From: Dehalococcoidia bacterium | GTDB taxonomy: Bacteria > Chloroflexota > Dehalococcoidia > Plut-88900 | Assembly: GCA_965197585.1 (NCBI GenBank) | Contig: OZ240215.1 | Span: 512,001-576,000, forward strand | Length of the DNA: 64,000 nucleotides | Reading direction: 5' to 3' | Part shown: positions 10,229 through 20,245 of the stretch, piece after piece | Position numbering within the stretch: the stretch's first letter is position 1 | How the letters are laid out: every line of letters begins with the position of its first letter | The notes under the pieces: generated by a model | Told to the model about the DNA's origin: nothing | What the model saw: the letters and a program-made list of their open reading frames with translations, nothing else | Database searches by the model: none | Made by a program: the position numbers and the translations under genes

Positions 10229-11143
10229 CTACGACTGGCCTAGAAGCCGCGTGAGTACTGCCTTTTGGGCATGGAGTCGATTTCCGGCCTGATCGAAGAC
10301 TACGGAGCAGGGGTGCTCCATTACCTCGTCGGATACCTCTTCGCCGCGGTGGGCAGGGAGCGGGTGCATAAATATTGCGTTATCGTCGACATGAGACAAA
10401 AGCTCAGCATTGACTTGATAACCGGCAAAGTCCCGTAGTCGCCGCTCTGATTCTGCCTCTTGGCCCATGCTTGTCCAGACGTCGGTGTAGATAACATCGG
10501 CGCCGGACACTGCCTGCGCGGGATCGGGGTTAATGTCGAAAACTCCTCCACTCTTGGCGCCGAGCTCTTTTATTGTACTGACGGTCTCGGGAGGAAGGAG
10601 ATAGCCTTCGGGCGCTGCCATGGTGAAATTAGCCCCGACCAGCAGCGCTCCCAGGGATAGGCTGGCCGCCATGTTGTTGCCATCGCCGACATAGGTGATG
10701 TTTAGGCCCCCGAGCTTGCCTTTGTGTTCGTAGATGGTTAGCAGATCGGCTAGGACCTGACACGGGTGCTCACCGTCGGAGAGGCCGTTGATAACGGGCA
10801 CCGAGGCGAATCGAGCCAAGTCTACAACGGTCTGGTGACGCCGTGTCCGGGCAACTATGCCGTCAACGTAACGGCTCAGCACGCGGGCTACGTCCGACGC
10901 CGGCTCTCTCGTCCCGAGCCCTATCTCCTGAGGAGACAGGTAGATGCACTGACCGCCCAGCTGCCGCATCCCCACGTCGAAGCTGGCCCTTGTCCGAAGA
11001 GAGGGCAGCTCAAAGACCAGGGCCAAGGAACAGCCCTCCAAAAGACTGGTATTGCGCTGTTTTTTTAGCTCAACGGCACTGTGTATAAGATCCCAGACCT
11101 CGGGCCCGGTGAGGTCGGCCATGGAAAGCAGGTCTTTGTCCAT
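10229..11143 (-). CDS. argF: Ornithine carbamoyltransferase
   Basis: SLRT, HPCQ, GDGNN, DVWTSMG; HPLP variant of HCLP. Confidence 0.9.
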   Translation of the reverse strand: MDKDLLSMADLTGPEVWDLIHSAVELKKQRNTSLLEGCSLALVFELPSLRTRASFDVGMRQLGGQCIYLSPQEIGLGTREPASDVARVLSRYVDGIVARTRRHQTVVDLARFASVPVINGLSDGEHPCQVLADLLTIYEHKGKLGGLNITYVGDGNNMAASLSLGALLVGANFTMAAPEGYLLPPETVSTIKELGAKSGGVFDINPDPAQAVSGADVIYTDVWTSMGQEAESERRLRDFAGYQVNAELLSHVDDNAIFMHPLPAHRGEEVSDEVMEHPCSVVFDQAGNRLHAQKAVLTRLLGQS

Positions 11144-11205
11144 TACGCTCCTTGGGAAGGGTCGAAATAAGGTATGCGGAGAGACAAAAGAGCGAGATTC
11201 GCCTT

Positions 11206-11679
11206 TTAGTTCTCCTGATCAGATATGACGGGGTGGGGGAATAGGGTTCGGAAGTTGGCAGGGCCACCAAGTCGGGTCTGGCAGGCGGTGCACACCACGT
11301 ACACCTCAATCCGATGCCCGACTACTGTGCCCTTGCCGGAGGCTTCCCACTCAGAAAGAAGCTGCTCAATCTCCGACTCGTGGAACTCGGAGACGAGACC
11401 GCATGATACGCAGACAAGATGGTGATGGTGCCCGCTCATGGTCAGCATGTAACGGGGCGATCCGTCCGGTAGGCTTATCTTGCAAAGGAGGCCTTGCTCA
11501 ACCAGCAGTTTTATCGTCCGGTAGACCGTGGCCCTTCCAACACCATTTAGCTCCGCGTGGAGCTCTTCGGCTGTGAAGTTGGTGTCTTTCTCCGCTATGC
11601 TCGCGATCACCCGTCGGCGCGGGTGAGTAATCCGGTAGCGACGGCCTCCAATGGCATCAATAAGCGTCTGCGAGTCCAT
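11206..11679 (-). CDS. Fur-family transcriptional regulator
   Basis: RATVYR, HHHLVCVSCG, C-terminal CTAC. Confidence 0.93.
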   Translation of the reverse strand: MDSQTLIDAIGGRRYRITHPRRRVIASIAEKDTNFTAEELHAELNGVGRATVYRTIKLLVEQGLLCKISLPDGSPRYMLTMSGHHHHLVCVSCGLVSEFHESEIEQLLSEWEASGKGTVVGHRIEVYVVCTACQTRLGGPANFRTLFPHPVISDQEN

Positions 11680-11723
11680 ACTAAATTGCGGGGCCCATAG
11701 TTAACATAACGAAACAGATGTAA

Positions 11724-12029
11724 CTACCACTTCTCATCTTCGGGATATACGCTGTTGCAGACGGCAACTTCGTAGGGCGTTGCGAACCAGTTCTCCGTGG
11801 CCTTTTCCCAACGCTGGAAGTGTGGGGTCTTTATGTGTGCATCCTCGGCGTTGGAGTCCGCGTAGACCTCGTAGAGATAGAAGCGTGTAGGGTTGTCCGT
11901 GTCTACCAGCACTTCCCACCTGGAACAGCCCGGTTCGGTAACGGAACCCCTGGCATTTAGTATGGTCTCGGCGATGAATTTGTCCCGGTACTCGGGCTTA
12001 ACGTCTATGGTGACCACATCGATTCGCAT
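11724..12029 (-). CDS. ABM/putative quinol monooxygenase (LsrG-like)
   Basis: NARGSVTEPGC, FYLYEVY, HIKTPHFQRW; GGAGG SD. Confidence 0.85.
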   Translation of the reverse strand: MRIDVVTIDVKPEYRDKFIAETILNARGSVTEPGCSRWEVLVDTDNPTRFYLYEVYADSNAEDAHIKTPHFQRWEKATENWFATPYEVAVCNSVYPEDEKW

Positions 12030-12119
12030 GGTTCCTCCGGGTCTGTGATTATCTGTTCTTATATTGTACACCCCTATGTATAGAGGGAATGTTTAGCCTT
12101 AGAGAACGGAGAGCGATTG

Positions 12120-12148
12120 TTGACGGCAAATTTCGGCCTAAGTATGAT
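12120..12148 (+). promoter_or_regulatory. sigma70-type promoter of the dehydrogenase operon
   Basis: TTGACG-17 bp-TATGAT. Confidence 0.65.
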
Positions 12149-12199
12149 GGCTATCGAAGGACGGGAGGTTTCGCATTCGAGCCGCGACGAGGTTTAACC

Positions 12200-13183
12200 A
12201 TGCCAGAAGTTCACGCCATGCCGGATAAAGAAACGGCGCTATCACTCTACGAAGGGATGGTCACCATCCGGGAGTTCGAGGAGCGGGCCCGGCGCGAGGG
12301 TGACGCCGGAAAGCCAGTCGGAGGCATACATTCCTCCGTCGGCCAGGAGGCGGTCGCCGTCGGGATTTGTCATTGCCTACGCAAAGACGACTACGTTCTT
12401 GGGAATCATCGGAGTCATCACCACTGTCTGGCCAAGGGCGTGGACATGAAGGAGATGATGGCCGAGCTGATGGGCAAGGCCACCGGAACCAACAAGGGCA
12501 AGGGCGGCACCATGCACATCGCCGACAAGAATGTCGGGATGCTGGGAGCCAACGGCGTGATAGGCTCCAACGTTCCGGTGGCAGCGGGCGCGGCGTTGAG
12601 CGCAAAGATTCGGGGCACAGACCAGGTTGCTGTGGTGTTCTTCGGGGATGGGGGGGCCAACCAGGGCGCCCTCCACGAAGCCATGAACCTGGCAGCCATC
12701 TGGAATCTGGGCGTGATATTCGTCTGTGAAAACAACCGTTACGCTGAGTCTACGCCGGTGGAATATTCGCTGGCTGGAGGGTCGGTGGCTAATCGGGCTT
12801 CGGCTTACGGGATCGTAGGAGAGACGGTGGATGGGCAGGACGTGCTGGACGTTTCGGCGGCCATGGAAAGGGCGGTGAACAGGGCTCGGGCCGGGGAAGG
12901 GCCGAGCATCATTGAGGCCATGACCTACCGTTACTATGGCCACCACGGCGCCGATGACCCCCTCCGCTACCGCACAAAGGACGAGGAAGATTACTACCGC
13001 AACCGAGACTGCATCGTCACATACAAGACCAGGTTGCTGGATGAGGAGTTGAGCACCGGGGGGGAGTTGGAGAATATCGACGCCTCAGTATTGGTGTCGT
13101 TGGACGAGGCGGTGCAATTCGCGGATGACAGCCCTTGGCCCGATCCTGAAGAACTGCTGGCTGACGTGTACGTGAGCTACTAG
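12200..13183 (+). CDS. TPP-dependent dehydrogenase E1 alpha (acetoin/pyruvate dehydrogenase-like)
   Basis: GQEA, GKGGTMH, TPP motif GDG..N..ENN, TYRYYGH. Confidence 0.93.
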   Translation: MPEVHAMPDKETALSLYEGMVTIREFEERARREGDAGKPVGGIHSSVGQEAVAVGICHCLRKDDYVLGNHRSHHHCLAKGVDMKEMMAELMGKATGTNKGKGGTMHIADKNVGMLGANGVIGSNVPVAAGAALSAKIRGTDQVAVVFFGDGGANQGALHEAMNLAAIWNLGVIFVCENNRYAESTPVEYSLAGGSVANRASAYGIVGETVDGQDVLDVSAAMERAVNRARAGEGPSIIEAMTYRYYGHHGADDPLRYRTKDEEDYYRNRDCIVTYKTRLLDEELSTGGELENIDASVLVSLDEAVQFADDSPWPDPEELLADVYVSY

Positions 13184-13222
13184 GGAGAATCGACAGAGCA
13201 GTCGCTGGTAAAGGTGGACAGT

Positions 13223-14293
13223 ATGGTAACGGCTGAAACACAGACGGCTGAACGGAGCAGAATCAGCTTCGTCCAGTCCATCAACGAAGCAATAGCTCAG
13301 GAGATGGAGCGAGACCCGTCGGTCATAGTGATCGGGGAGGACGTGGCGGGTGCGCCGGGCAAGAAAGACCAGGGATTCGAAGATGCGTGGGGAGGTGTGT
13401 TTAAGCTGACGAAGGGCCTGATCGGTAAGTTCGGTTCACAGAGGGTGCTGGACGCACCTATCTCGGAGACCGGCTTCATCGGGGCGGGGGTCGGGGCGGC
13501 AGCCACGGGCCTGCGGCCGATCGTGGAGTTGATGTTCGTCGGTTTCTACGGAGTCTGTGCCGACCAGATCACCAACAACGCCGCGAAGATGCACTATATG
13601 TTCGGCGGAAAAGTGACCCTGCCCATCACCATTATTACGAACATTGGAACGGGGGCAGGAGCAGCGGCTCAGCATTCGGAGAGCCTTTACTCGATTTTTG
13701 CCCATTTCCCCGGTTTGAAGTGCGTAGTCCCGTCGGACGCATACACGGCCAAGGGCCTGATGACCGCTGCCATACGGGACGACGACCCGGTCATGATCTT
13801 CCTCCACAAACTGCTCCTTGGCAGGACTCGGGCCGGCCTTCGACCCTCCGAGGAGTGGGTCGTGCCCGAAGAGTCCTACATCGTGCCGATAGGTAAGGCG
13901 AATGTGGCTCGAGAGGGTGACGATATTACTATGGTCGGGATCGGGTACACGACGGGCTTGTGCCTGCAGGCCGCCGACATCCTTGAACGGCAGGGTGTTA
14001 ACGCCGAGGTGATAGACCTGCTTTCCCTCTCGCCGATGGACGAAGAGGCGATACTGAAGTCGGTCAAGAAGACTCGCCGGATACTGATCGCTGACGAGGA
14101 CTATCCTCGGTGCTCCGTGGCGACCGACATCTCCGCCCTTGTAGGTGAGAAGGCCTTCGACTATCTGGACGCACCGCCGAGAAGAGTGTGCCCGCCTCAT
14201 TCCCCAGTGCCTTATAGCATCATGTTGGAGCGCCTCTTTGCCCCGACCAAGGAAAAAATATTAGAGGCTGCGGTTGAGGTCCTGGAGGCATAA
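13223..14293 (+). CDS. TPP-dependent dehydrogenase E1 beta, copy 1
   Basis: GEDV, PISETGF, ELMF, AQHS, DDDPV, AFDYLDAP. Confidence 0.93.
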   Translation: MVTAETQTAERSRISFVQSINEAIAQEMERDPSVIVIGEDVAGAPGKKDQGFEDAWGGVFKLTKGLIGKFGSQRVLDAPISETGFIGAGVGAAATGLRPIVELMFVGFYGVCADQITNNAAKMHYMFGGKVTLPITIITNIGTGAGAAAQHSESLYSIFAHFPGLKCVVPSDAYTAKGLMTAAIRDDDPVMIFLHKLLLGRTRAGLRPSEEWVVPEESYIVPIGKANVAREGDDITMVGIGYTTGLCLQAADILERQGVNAEVIDLLSLSPMDEEAILKSVKKTRRILIADEDYPRCSVATDISALVGEKAFDYLDAPPRRVCPPHSPVPYSIMLERLFAPTKEKILEAAVEVLEA

Positions 14294-15354
14294 TGACATC
14301 TTCCAGCGTTAAATCCGACCGGCGGATCAGCTACCTGAGGGCTCTCAACGAGACCCTTGACCAGGAGATGGGTCGAGATCCCTCCGTGATCTTTATGGGG
14401 GAGGATGTAGCGGGCGGTGCGGGCAAGGAGGACCAAGGCATAATAGACGCCTGGGGCGGTGCTTTTGGGTATTCTAAAAGGCTGATCACCAAGTACGGTT
14501 CCGAAAGAGTGCGGGACACACCAATCTCCGAGACGGGATTCATCGGTGCGGCGGTGGGCATGGCGGCTACGGGCCTCCGGCCCATAGCTGAGCTTATGTT
14601 CGTCGGATTCTTCGGTGTCTGCGCCGACCAGATAACCAACAACGCAGCCAAGATGCACTACATGTTCGGGGGTAAGGTGACGCTGCCTCTGACTATTCTG
14701 ACTAGCATCGGCATCCGAGGCGGGCAGGCGGCTCAGCACTCGGAGACGCTGTATTCGGTGTTCACTCACTTCCCGGGCCTTAAGTGCGTGGTACCGTCGG
14801 ACCCGTACACCGCAAAAGGCCTGCTAGCGGCCTCGATACGGGACGATGACCCGGTTATCTACTTCATCCACAAGCGGCTAATGAGCAGCCAAGGCTTCGA
14901 TTTCGAGCCCCTCAGAGGGTCTGGTGTGCCGGAAGAACCGTACATCGTGCCGATAGGCAAGGCGGACGTGGTGAAGGAAGGGACGGATGTAACCATAGTC
15001 GGGATTGGTCACACTACCGCGGTGGGCATGGCCGCCGCCGGGGAATTGGACAAGGCAGGTGTGAGCGCCGAAGTTGTGGATGTGCTTTCTCTGTCGCCGC
15101 TGGACGAAGACACGCTATTGTCCTCGGTGCAGAAGACGCGGCGGGTAATTATCGTAGACGAGGACTATCCACGCTGCGGCATATCCGGCGATATCTCGGC
15201 CCTGGTTATAGAGCAGGCCTTTGACTATTTGGACGCTCCGCCGGTTAGGCTGACTCCGCCCCACGCCCCGATCCCCTATAGCCGGGCCTTGGAAAGCCTC
15301 TACAACCCCTCAAAAGAAGCCATCGTCGAGGCGGCCAAAGCGTTGATGGAGTAG
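14293..15354 (+). CDS. TPP-dependent dehydrogenase E1 beta, copy 2
   Basis: Same motifs as copy 1; TAATG stop/start overlap. Confidence 0.93.
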   Translation: MTSSSVKSDRRISYLRALNETLDQEMGRDPSVIFMGEDVAGGAGKEDQGIIDAWGGAFGYSKRLITKYGSERVRDTPISETGFIGAAVGMAATGLRPIAELMFVGFFGVCADQITNNAAKMHYMFGGKVTLPLTILTSIGIRGGQAAQHSETLYSVFTHFPGLKCVVPSDPYTAKGLLAASIRDDDPVIYFIHKRLMSSQGFDFEPLRGSGVPEEPYIVPIGKADVVKEGTDVTIVGIGHTTAVGMAAAGELDKAGVSAEVVDVLSLSPLDEDTLLSSVQKTRRVIIVDEDYPRCGISGDISALVIEQAFDYLDAPPVRLTPPHAPIPYSRALESLYNPSKEAIVEAAKALME

Positions 15355-15381
15355 CCCCGGACTCCGGGTGTAGAGAGATAT

Positions 15382-16578
15382 ATGGCGACCCCCATCCGAA
15401 TGCCCCAGCTCGGGATGATTATGACCGAGGGAACTCTTGCCAAATGGCACAAGGGTCCCGGCTCCACCGTCCAGCAGGGTGAGCCTCTTGCCGAGATCAC
15501 CACGGAGAAAATCTCCTATGAGCTTGAAGCTCCTGAATCGGGCATCTTTCATCCCGTGGTCAACGAGGGCGACATAGTCCCCATTGAGGAACTCATCGCC
15601 CATATTCTGAAAGAAGGGGAGCCCGTCCCCGAGGCCCCTGCCCCGAAACCTGTTGACGTAATTGCAACCGCGGCGTCTACCACCACAACGCGCGGTACCC
15701 GGACTCAGGTTAGCGGGGACGTAAGGGCAGCGCCCAGCGCCCGCAAACTCGCGGCTAAGCTGGGAATAGATATTGCCCTGGTTCCACCGGCCCGGCCGGG
15801 AGGTCGTATCGTAGAGGCTGACGTTAAAACCTACGCCGAGGGACAGGCGTCGGCGCCTTCACCTAAGAAGGACGAAAAGGCGGTGTTACCCTCCGGCCTG
15901 CCGACTCCTTCCAGAATCGTACCCCTAGCCGGCATACGGAAGGCCATCGCCACCAACATGCGCCGAAGCGTGTCCAACGCGGCGCAACTTTCTTTCCACC
16001 TGGACGTGGACATGACACAGGCCACGGCCCTCCGCCGAGAGCATTCCCGAGGAAGCGATGTTCCTCTCTCGGCGACAGACATCATCATGAAGGCCTGCGC
16101 CGAAGCCCTGCTCAAGAACCCACAGCTCAACACTGTTCTCTCGGACGGCAAGGTGTACTACTTCGACCAAGTCGATATTGGACTAGCTGTAGCACTCAAT
16201 GAGGGATTGGTTGTTCCCGTCATCAAGAACGTGCAGGCAAAGACAGTTGCAGAGCTCGCATCCGAGAGAAAAGGCATATCCAGTCGGGCCCGGGAAGGCA
16301 AGCTAAAGGCCGACGAAATGACCGGCGGCACATTCACTCTCACGGTTCTCGGCACTGTTGACGGGTTCACACCCCTTCTCAACCCGGGCCGGAGCGCGAT
16401 CCTGGGAGTAGGCAGAGTCGCTAAAAAGGCTGTAGTCGTCGGAGATGAGATAGTCGCGAGAGAGACGGCGACGCTGAGCCTGACCGTCGATCACCAGGTC
16501 GTGGATGGGGCACCGGCTTCTGCCTTCTTGCGCCGGTTGAAGCAGTTGATCGAGCACCCGGAGGCGCTGTTTAAGTAA
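15382..16578 (+). CDS. Dihydrolipoamide acyltransferase E2
   Basis: Lipoyl domain (ITTEKI), E3-binding domain (APSARKLA), catalytic DHQVVDG. Confidence 0.93.
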   Translation: MATPIRMPQLGMIMTEGTLAKWHKGPGSTVQQGEPLAEITTEKISYELEAPESGIFHPVVNEGDIVPIEELIAHILKEGEPVPEAPAPKPVDVIATAASTTTTRGTRTQVSGDVRAAPSARKLAAKLGIDIALVPPARPGGRIVEADVKTYAEGQASAPSPKKDEKAVLPSGLPTPSRIVPLAGIRKAIATNMRRSVSNAAQLSFHLDVDMTQATALRREHSRGSDVPLSATDIIMKACAEALLKNPQLNTVLSDGKVYYFDQVDIGLAVALNEGLVVPVIKNVQAKTVAELASERKGISSRAREGKLKADEMTGGTFTLTVLGTVDGFTPLLNPGRSAILGVGRVAKKAVVVGDEIVARETATLSLTVDHQVVDGAPASAFLRRLKQLIEHPEALFK

Positions 16579-16604
16579 CGGGTGTCCGGCGTTGAGAGCG
16601 TCGG

Positions 16605-18551
16605 TTATGCTTTGTGCTTCGTAAGGGCCTCGGCGAGCCCCGACACCTCGTGGATACCCTGTTTTACCGACGCTGACGACCCTGCCAAGTCATCTCCAAT
16701 TTCCTCGAACCGGCCCCCGAGGTGCTGTGACAGAAACGCCTCGGCAATGGCGTAGAAAGAGAGCCTGTTTTCGGGCCGGGCGAAACCATGCCCTTCGTCG
16801 GGATACAGAACGTACGTCACGGGTATATTCCGTTCGCCCATGGCTTGAACGATCTGCGCAGACTCTGCCTCCGTGACACGGGGGTCATTGGCGCCTTGGC
16901 CTATCAGCAAAGGTCTCATAATGCGGTCAACGTAGCTGAGAGGTGACCTCTCCTGGAGCAAGGCTCGGCCCTCGGGAGTCCTATGGTCCCCGACGCGGCT
17001 GGTGAATAGCTCTATCATCGGCTGCCAATATGGTGGAAACGACTCCAGAAGCGTTATCAGGTTGGATGGGCCGACGATGTCGACTGCACACGCGAAAACA
17101 TCAGGCGTAATCGTCAGACTGGCCAACGCTGCGTAGCCACCGTAACTGCCTCCCATCACGGCAAACTTCTCGGGATCGGCTACCCCGGAATCAATGGCCC
17201 AGTTCACCGCGTCGAGCAGGTCGTCGTGCATCTTGCGGCCCCACTCCATGTTGCCCGCGTTGATGAAGTTCTTGCCCAGGCCGGTCGAGCCGCGGAAGTT
17301 GACTACCAGTGCTGCGTAGCCCCGGTTAGCGAGCCATTGGGAATGGGGATCGTATCCCCAGTCAGCCCGAGCCCAGGGCCCTCCGTGTACTAGCAGCACG
17401 GTGGGAAGGGGCTGGGTGGGGAATCGGGGGTCCTTTCCCTGACTCTCTGCCGGCAGGGTGTAGTAGCTCACCAGGTCTAGCCCATCCCTGGATTTAATGA
17501 TCACCGGCTGCATCTTGGCGAGAGGCACCGTATCCAGTTCGGCATTGTTCGAAAACAGATATTCAAGTTGTCGGGTGGAGCGGTGGTAGACGTGGTACTT
17601 GACCGGGCCATCATCCAACATGTAGGCCACTATCCACATGTCGTCCTTCAGCGTCCTGCTCACTACTTCGACGTCACCATCCTCCTTTGACTTGAGAAAA
17701 TTCAAGTCCTCGGACACCGACTCAGCCAGAACATGCCATTCTTTTCTCTGGTGGGTGAAAGCGACGGCCTCAATGGCATTGGTCACAGGGTGGATCATGG
17801 CGTCGCTCACATCTGCCAGTTCGGTCTCTGCGATGACCGTCTCGACGCCGGTGTCGAGGTCTATGGAGGCCATAGCTGCCGTGTTGCGGCGCCGGGAGTC
17901 GATCAGATGGAGCGTACTACCGGACTTGTCGAAACCCACTGGAGTTGTTGTGAGCGCATCCTCCATGCCCACCTGCATGAAGGTATCCCACCCGCCCCGC
18001 CCGTCCGCTTCGAACACCTCGCTGCCGCCGTCGGGAGTCATCACCGTTCCGAATCTCACACGATAGTCATCGTCTATCCGAAACTCAGCGAAGCGGTCGT
18101 TGTGCTGGAGCAATGTTCTCTTACCCGTGTGTAGGTCGATCCTGTGCAGGTCGTGGTACTGGGGATTGCGGTCGTTCAGCCCGACAACTATATCGTCTGG
18201 ATGATCAGAACTGATTCCCACGATCTGTGCTTGAACATTCTCCAATGGCGTGAGGTCATGGACTTCTCGAGATTCGAGTTCCACGGTGTAGATGCGCCAG
18301 TTCTCGTCTCCTTCTTTGTCCTGAAGGTAGATTACGTGGCGGTTGGTAAAGGCCCAGAAGTAGAGCCTGATTCCCCGGCCGGAGTCTCGCGTCAGCGGCT
18401 TGGCTGCCACAGGGTCCGACGCTGGGCCGACCCATACGTTAAGGACTCCCTCGACAGGCGCCAGAAAAGCTATATTTTGGCCATCAGGGCTTAGACGCGG
18501 CGAAGCCTTATCCGGGTTGCCGAACAACACCTTGCGAGGTATGAGAGGCAT
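16605..18551 (-). CDS. S9 family peptidase (DAP2/acylaminoacyl peptidase-like)
   Basis: VHGGPW, GGSYGG, NDPRV, DEGHGF catalytic triad; no signal peptide. Confidence 0.95.
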   Translation of the reverse strand: MPLIPRKVLFGNPDKASPRLSPDGQNIAFLAPVEGVLNVWVGPASDPVAAKPLTRDSGRGIRLYFWAFTNRHVIYLQDKEGDENWRIYTVELESREVHDLTPLENVQAQIVGISSDHPDDIVVGLNDRNPQYHDLHRIDLHTGKRTLLQHNDRFAEFRIDDDYRVRFGTVMTPDGGSEVFEADGRGGWDTFMQVGMEDALTTTPVGFDKSGSTLHLIDSRRRNTAAMASIDLDTGVETVIAETELADVSDAMIHPVTNAIEAVAFTHQRKEWHVLAESVSEDLNFLKSKEDGDVEVVSRTLKDDMWIVAYMLDDGPVKYHVYHRSTRQLEYLFSNNAELDTVPLAKMQPVIIKSRDGLDLVSYYTLPAESQGKDPRFPTQPLPTVLLVHGGPWARADWGYDPHSQWLANRGYAALVVNFRGSTGLGKNFINAGNMEWGRKMHDDLLDAVNWAIDSGVADPEKFAVMGGSYGGYAALASLTITPDVFACAVDIVGPSNLITLLESFPPYWQPMIELFTSRVGDHRTPEGRALLQERSPLSYVDRIMRPLLIGQGANDPRVTEAESAQIVQAMGERNIPVTYVLYPDEGHGFARPENRLSFYAIAEAFLSQHLGGRFEEIGDDLAGSSASVKQGIHEVSGLAEALTKHKA

Positions 18552-18578
18552 CACCAAACGTTTTCCACCATGTGTGGC

Positions 18579-19385
18579 CTACGTACGCGGCCTGACCCAG
18601 GACTCGGACCAGGCCAGGCAGGCCGTGGTGGATGGAGTGCCGTCGCGCTGGGCGGTCTGGGCATTGCCGGACGCATACTCACCGTTGATCACCACTTGGG
18701 CCCGACGGGCAGGAGTCATGATGCTGTAGACGCCGTGGCTTCGGCCCCCAGTCCCGGGCGGGGAGTGGATCGCGAAGGGGGTCATGGTGTCATACCACGT
18801 GAGGGCTATGTCCTCATCTCGAGATTCGATGCGCTCCGTGGAATAGGACCGGACGTCGCCTTCCCGCTCGAATTCCGCCTCAATGATACGCACTGAAGTA
18901 TCGGAGAAAGGCGGATTGATCATGGATTCGATCTCTTCTTGCAACCACCGTGCCAGTGCTACGTTGTCGGAGTATGCGACTACCTTGTCATCGGTAAGGT
19001 CCGAACGCATGAATAGTGCGTGGCCCGGGCCTGCTGGAGAGAAAAGGACCCGCCAGTGGCTGATCACCGTAGTGAAATCAGCGCCCTCGGAGGGTGCCAG
19101 GCGGATGAAGGAGTTCTCACCCGTGACACGGACTTCGTTAGGATCGACCACCGAGTCGGACTTTCCACGTTTAGCCTTGTCGAGTAGCTTCTCTTCACCC
19201 TTGGTCGTGAGGAATTTTATGGGCGTTGGGATAAGCCTCCGGCCCTTTCTTTTGAAAGTGCCTACTATCCTGTTTTCACCCAACAGTTTCGATATTCGGG
19301 CTACGCTGTAGCCTGTGGATTCGGCGGCTTCTTTAACGGTCATGGCGCCCTTGGGGGGCACAAACCTGGATCTTCTCTTAGCCAT
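18579..19385 (-). CDS. Hypothetical protein: N-terminal HTH_17/excisionase-like helix-turn-helix fused to an unknown beta-rich domain
   Basis: 268-aa ORF with AAAGGA SD; MTVKEAAESTGYSVARISKLL resembles HTH_17. Confidence 0.65.
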   Translation of the reverse strand: MAKRRSRFVPPKGAMTVKEAAESTGYSVARISKLLGENRIVGTFKRKGRRLIPTPIKFLTTKGEEKLLDKAKRGKSDSVVDPNEVRVTGENSFIRLAPSEGADFTTVISHWRVLFSPAGPGHALFMRSDLTDDKVVAYSDNVALARWLQEEIESMINPPFSDTSVRIIEAEFEREGDVRSYSTERIESRDEDIALTWYDTMTPFAIHSPPGTGGRSHGVYSIMTPARRAQVVINGEYASGNAQTAQRDGTPSTTACLAWSESWVRPRT

Positions 19386-19633
19386 TTTCGATCCTTTCTA
19401 TGCTTCCAGTCCCCACGGGACGCCCAGTTCTTTTTGTGGGCACGGAGTACTCGGGAACGTCCATTCAATATTAATACTATTGTAACAGGTCGATTTAATA
19501 GGGCAAAACCGGGCCTAGTTTTAGCGTTTTCATGCCGCCCCTTCACCTCTTGGCTGGTTGATGAAGCACAAAAGCGTGTACAATTGCATAAGATGGCCTA
19601 TGCAGCCGTAAGCAAGTTAGGGGGAGGAGTCGC

Positions 19634-20218
19634 ATGGCTACAAGCAGTTACATTCTGGACCAGTTCGTGTACGACATTAAGGAACTCCAGTCTAAGGGCG
19701 TTGATGAATCGGCAGTGCTGGATAAAGGCTCTTCTTTCCTGGAGAGGTTGATTAACAACCCGAACTGCATACCTCAGGAGTATCGGGTCCCTTCCAGCAA
19801 GGGTGGCGGTCGGATTCACGGCTCGTACCTTCTCCACCGCTCAGACAGCCTGCTGGTCTCTGCGGAGGTGTGGGGCCCGGGCGACCATGTCGACCCTCAT
19901 GACCACCACGTCTGGGGCATGATAGGAGTCCTGGACAACACGCTGAACGAGATCCGGTTCCGGTGGCACTCCGACGAAGATCGACCCGGCTTCGGGCGAT
20001 TGGAGAAAGACCGGGACGCATTGTCCAAGCCAGGCGAGGTTAGCCTGCTCATCCCCGGCATCGACGAAATACACCAGATCGACAATCCAGATTCCCGGCC
20101 CACGGTGGAAATCCACGTCTACGGTCAGGACCTGAGCAACATCGAGCGGTGCCGCTTCGATATGGCGACCGGTGCCAAAGTCGACTTCCAGAGCAAGTCG
20201 AAGTACGACAACGAATAG
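19634..20218 (+). CDS. Cysteine dioxygenase-family thiol dioxygenase (cupin)
   Basis: WGPG...HDHHVWG, EIHQIDN, IHVYG; GGAGG SD. Confidence 0.88.
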   Translation: MATSSYILDQFVYDIKELQSKGVDESAVLDKGSSFLERLINNPNCIPQEYRVPSSKGGGRIHGSYLLHRSDSLLVSAEVWGPGDHVDPHDHHVWGMIGVLDNTLNEIRFRWHSDEDRPGFGRLEKDRDALSKPGEVSLLIPGIDEIHQIDNPDSRPTVEIHVYGQDLSNIERCRFDMATGAKVDFQSKSKYDNE

Positions 20219-20245
20219 CCGGTCTGCCGTATCTGCACATTCTCA

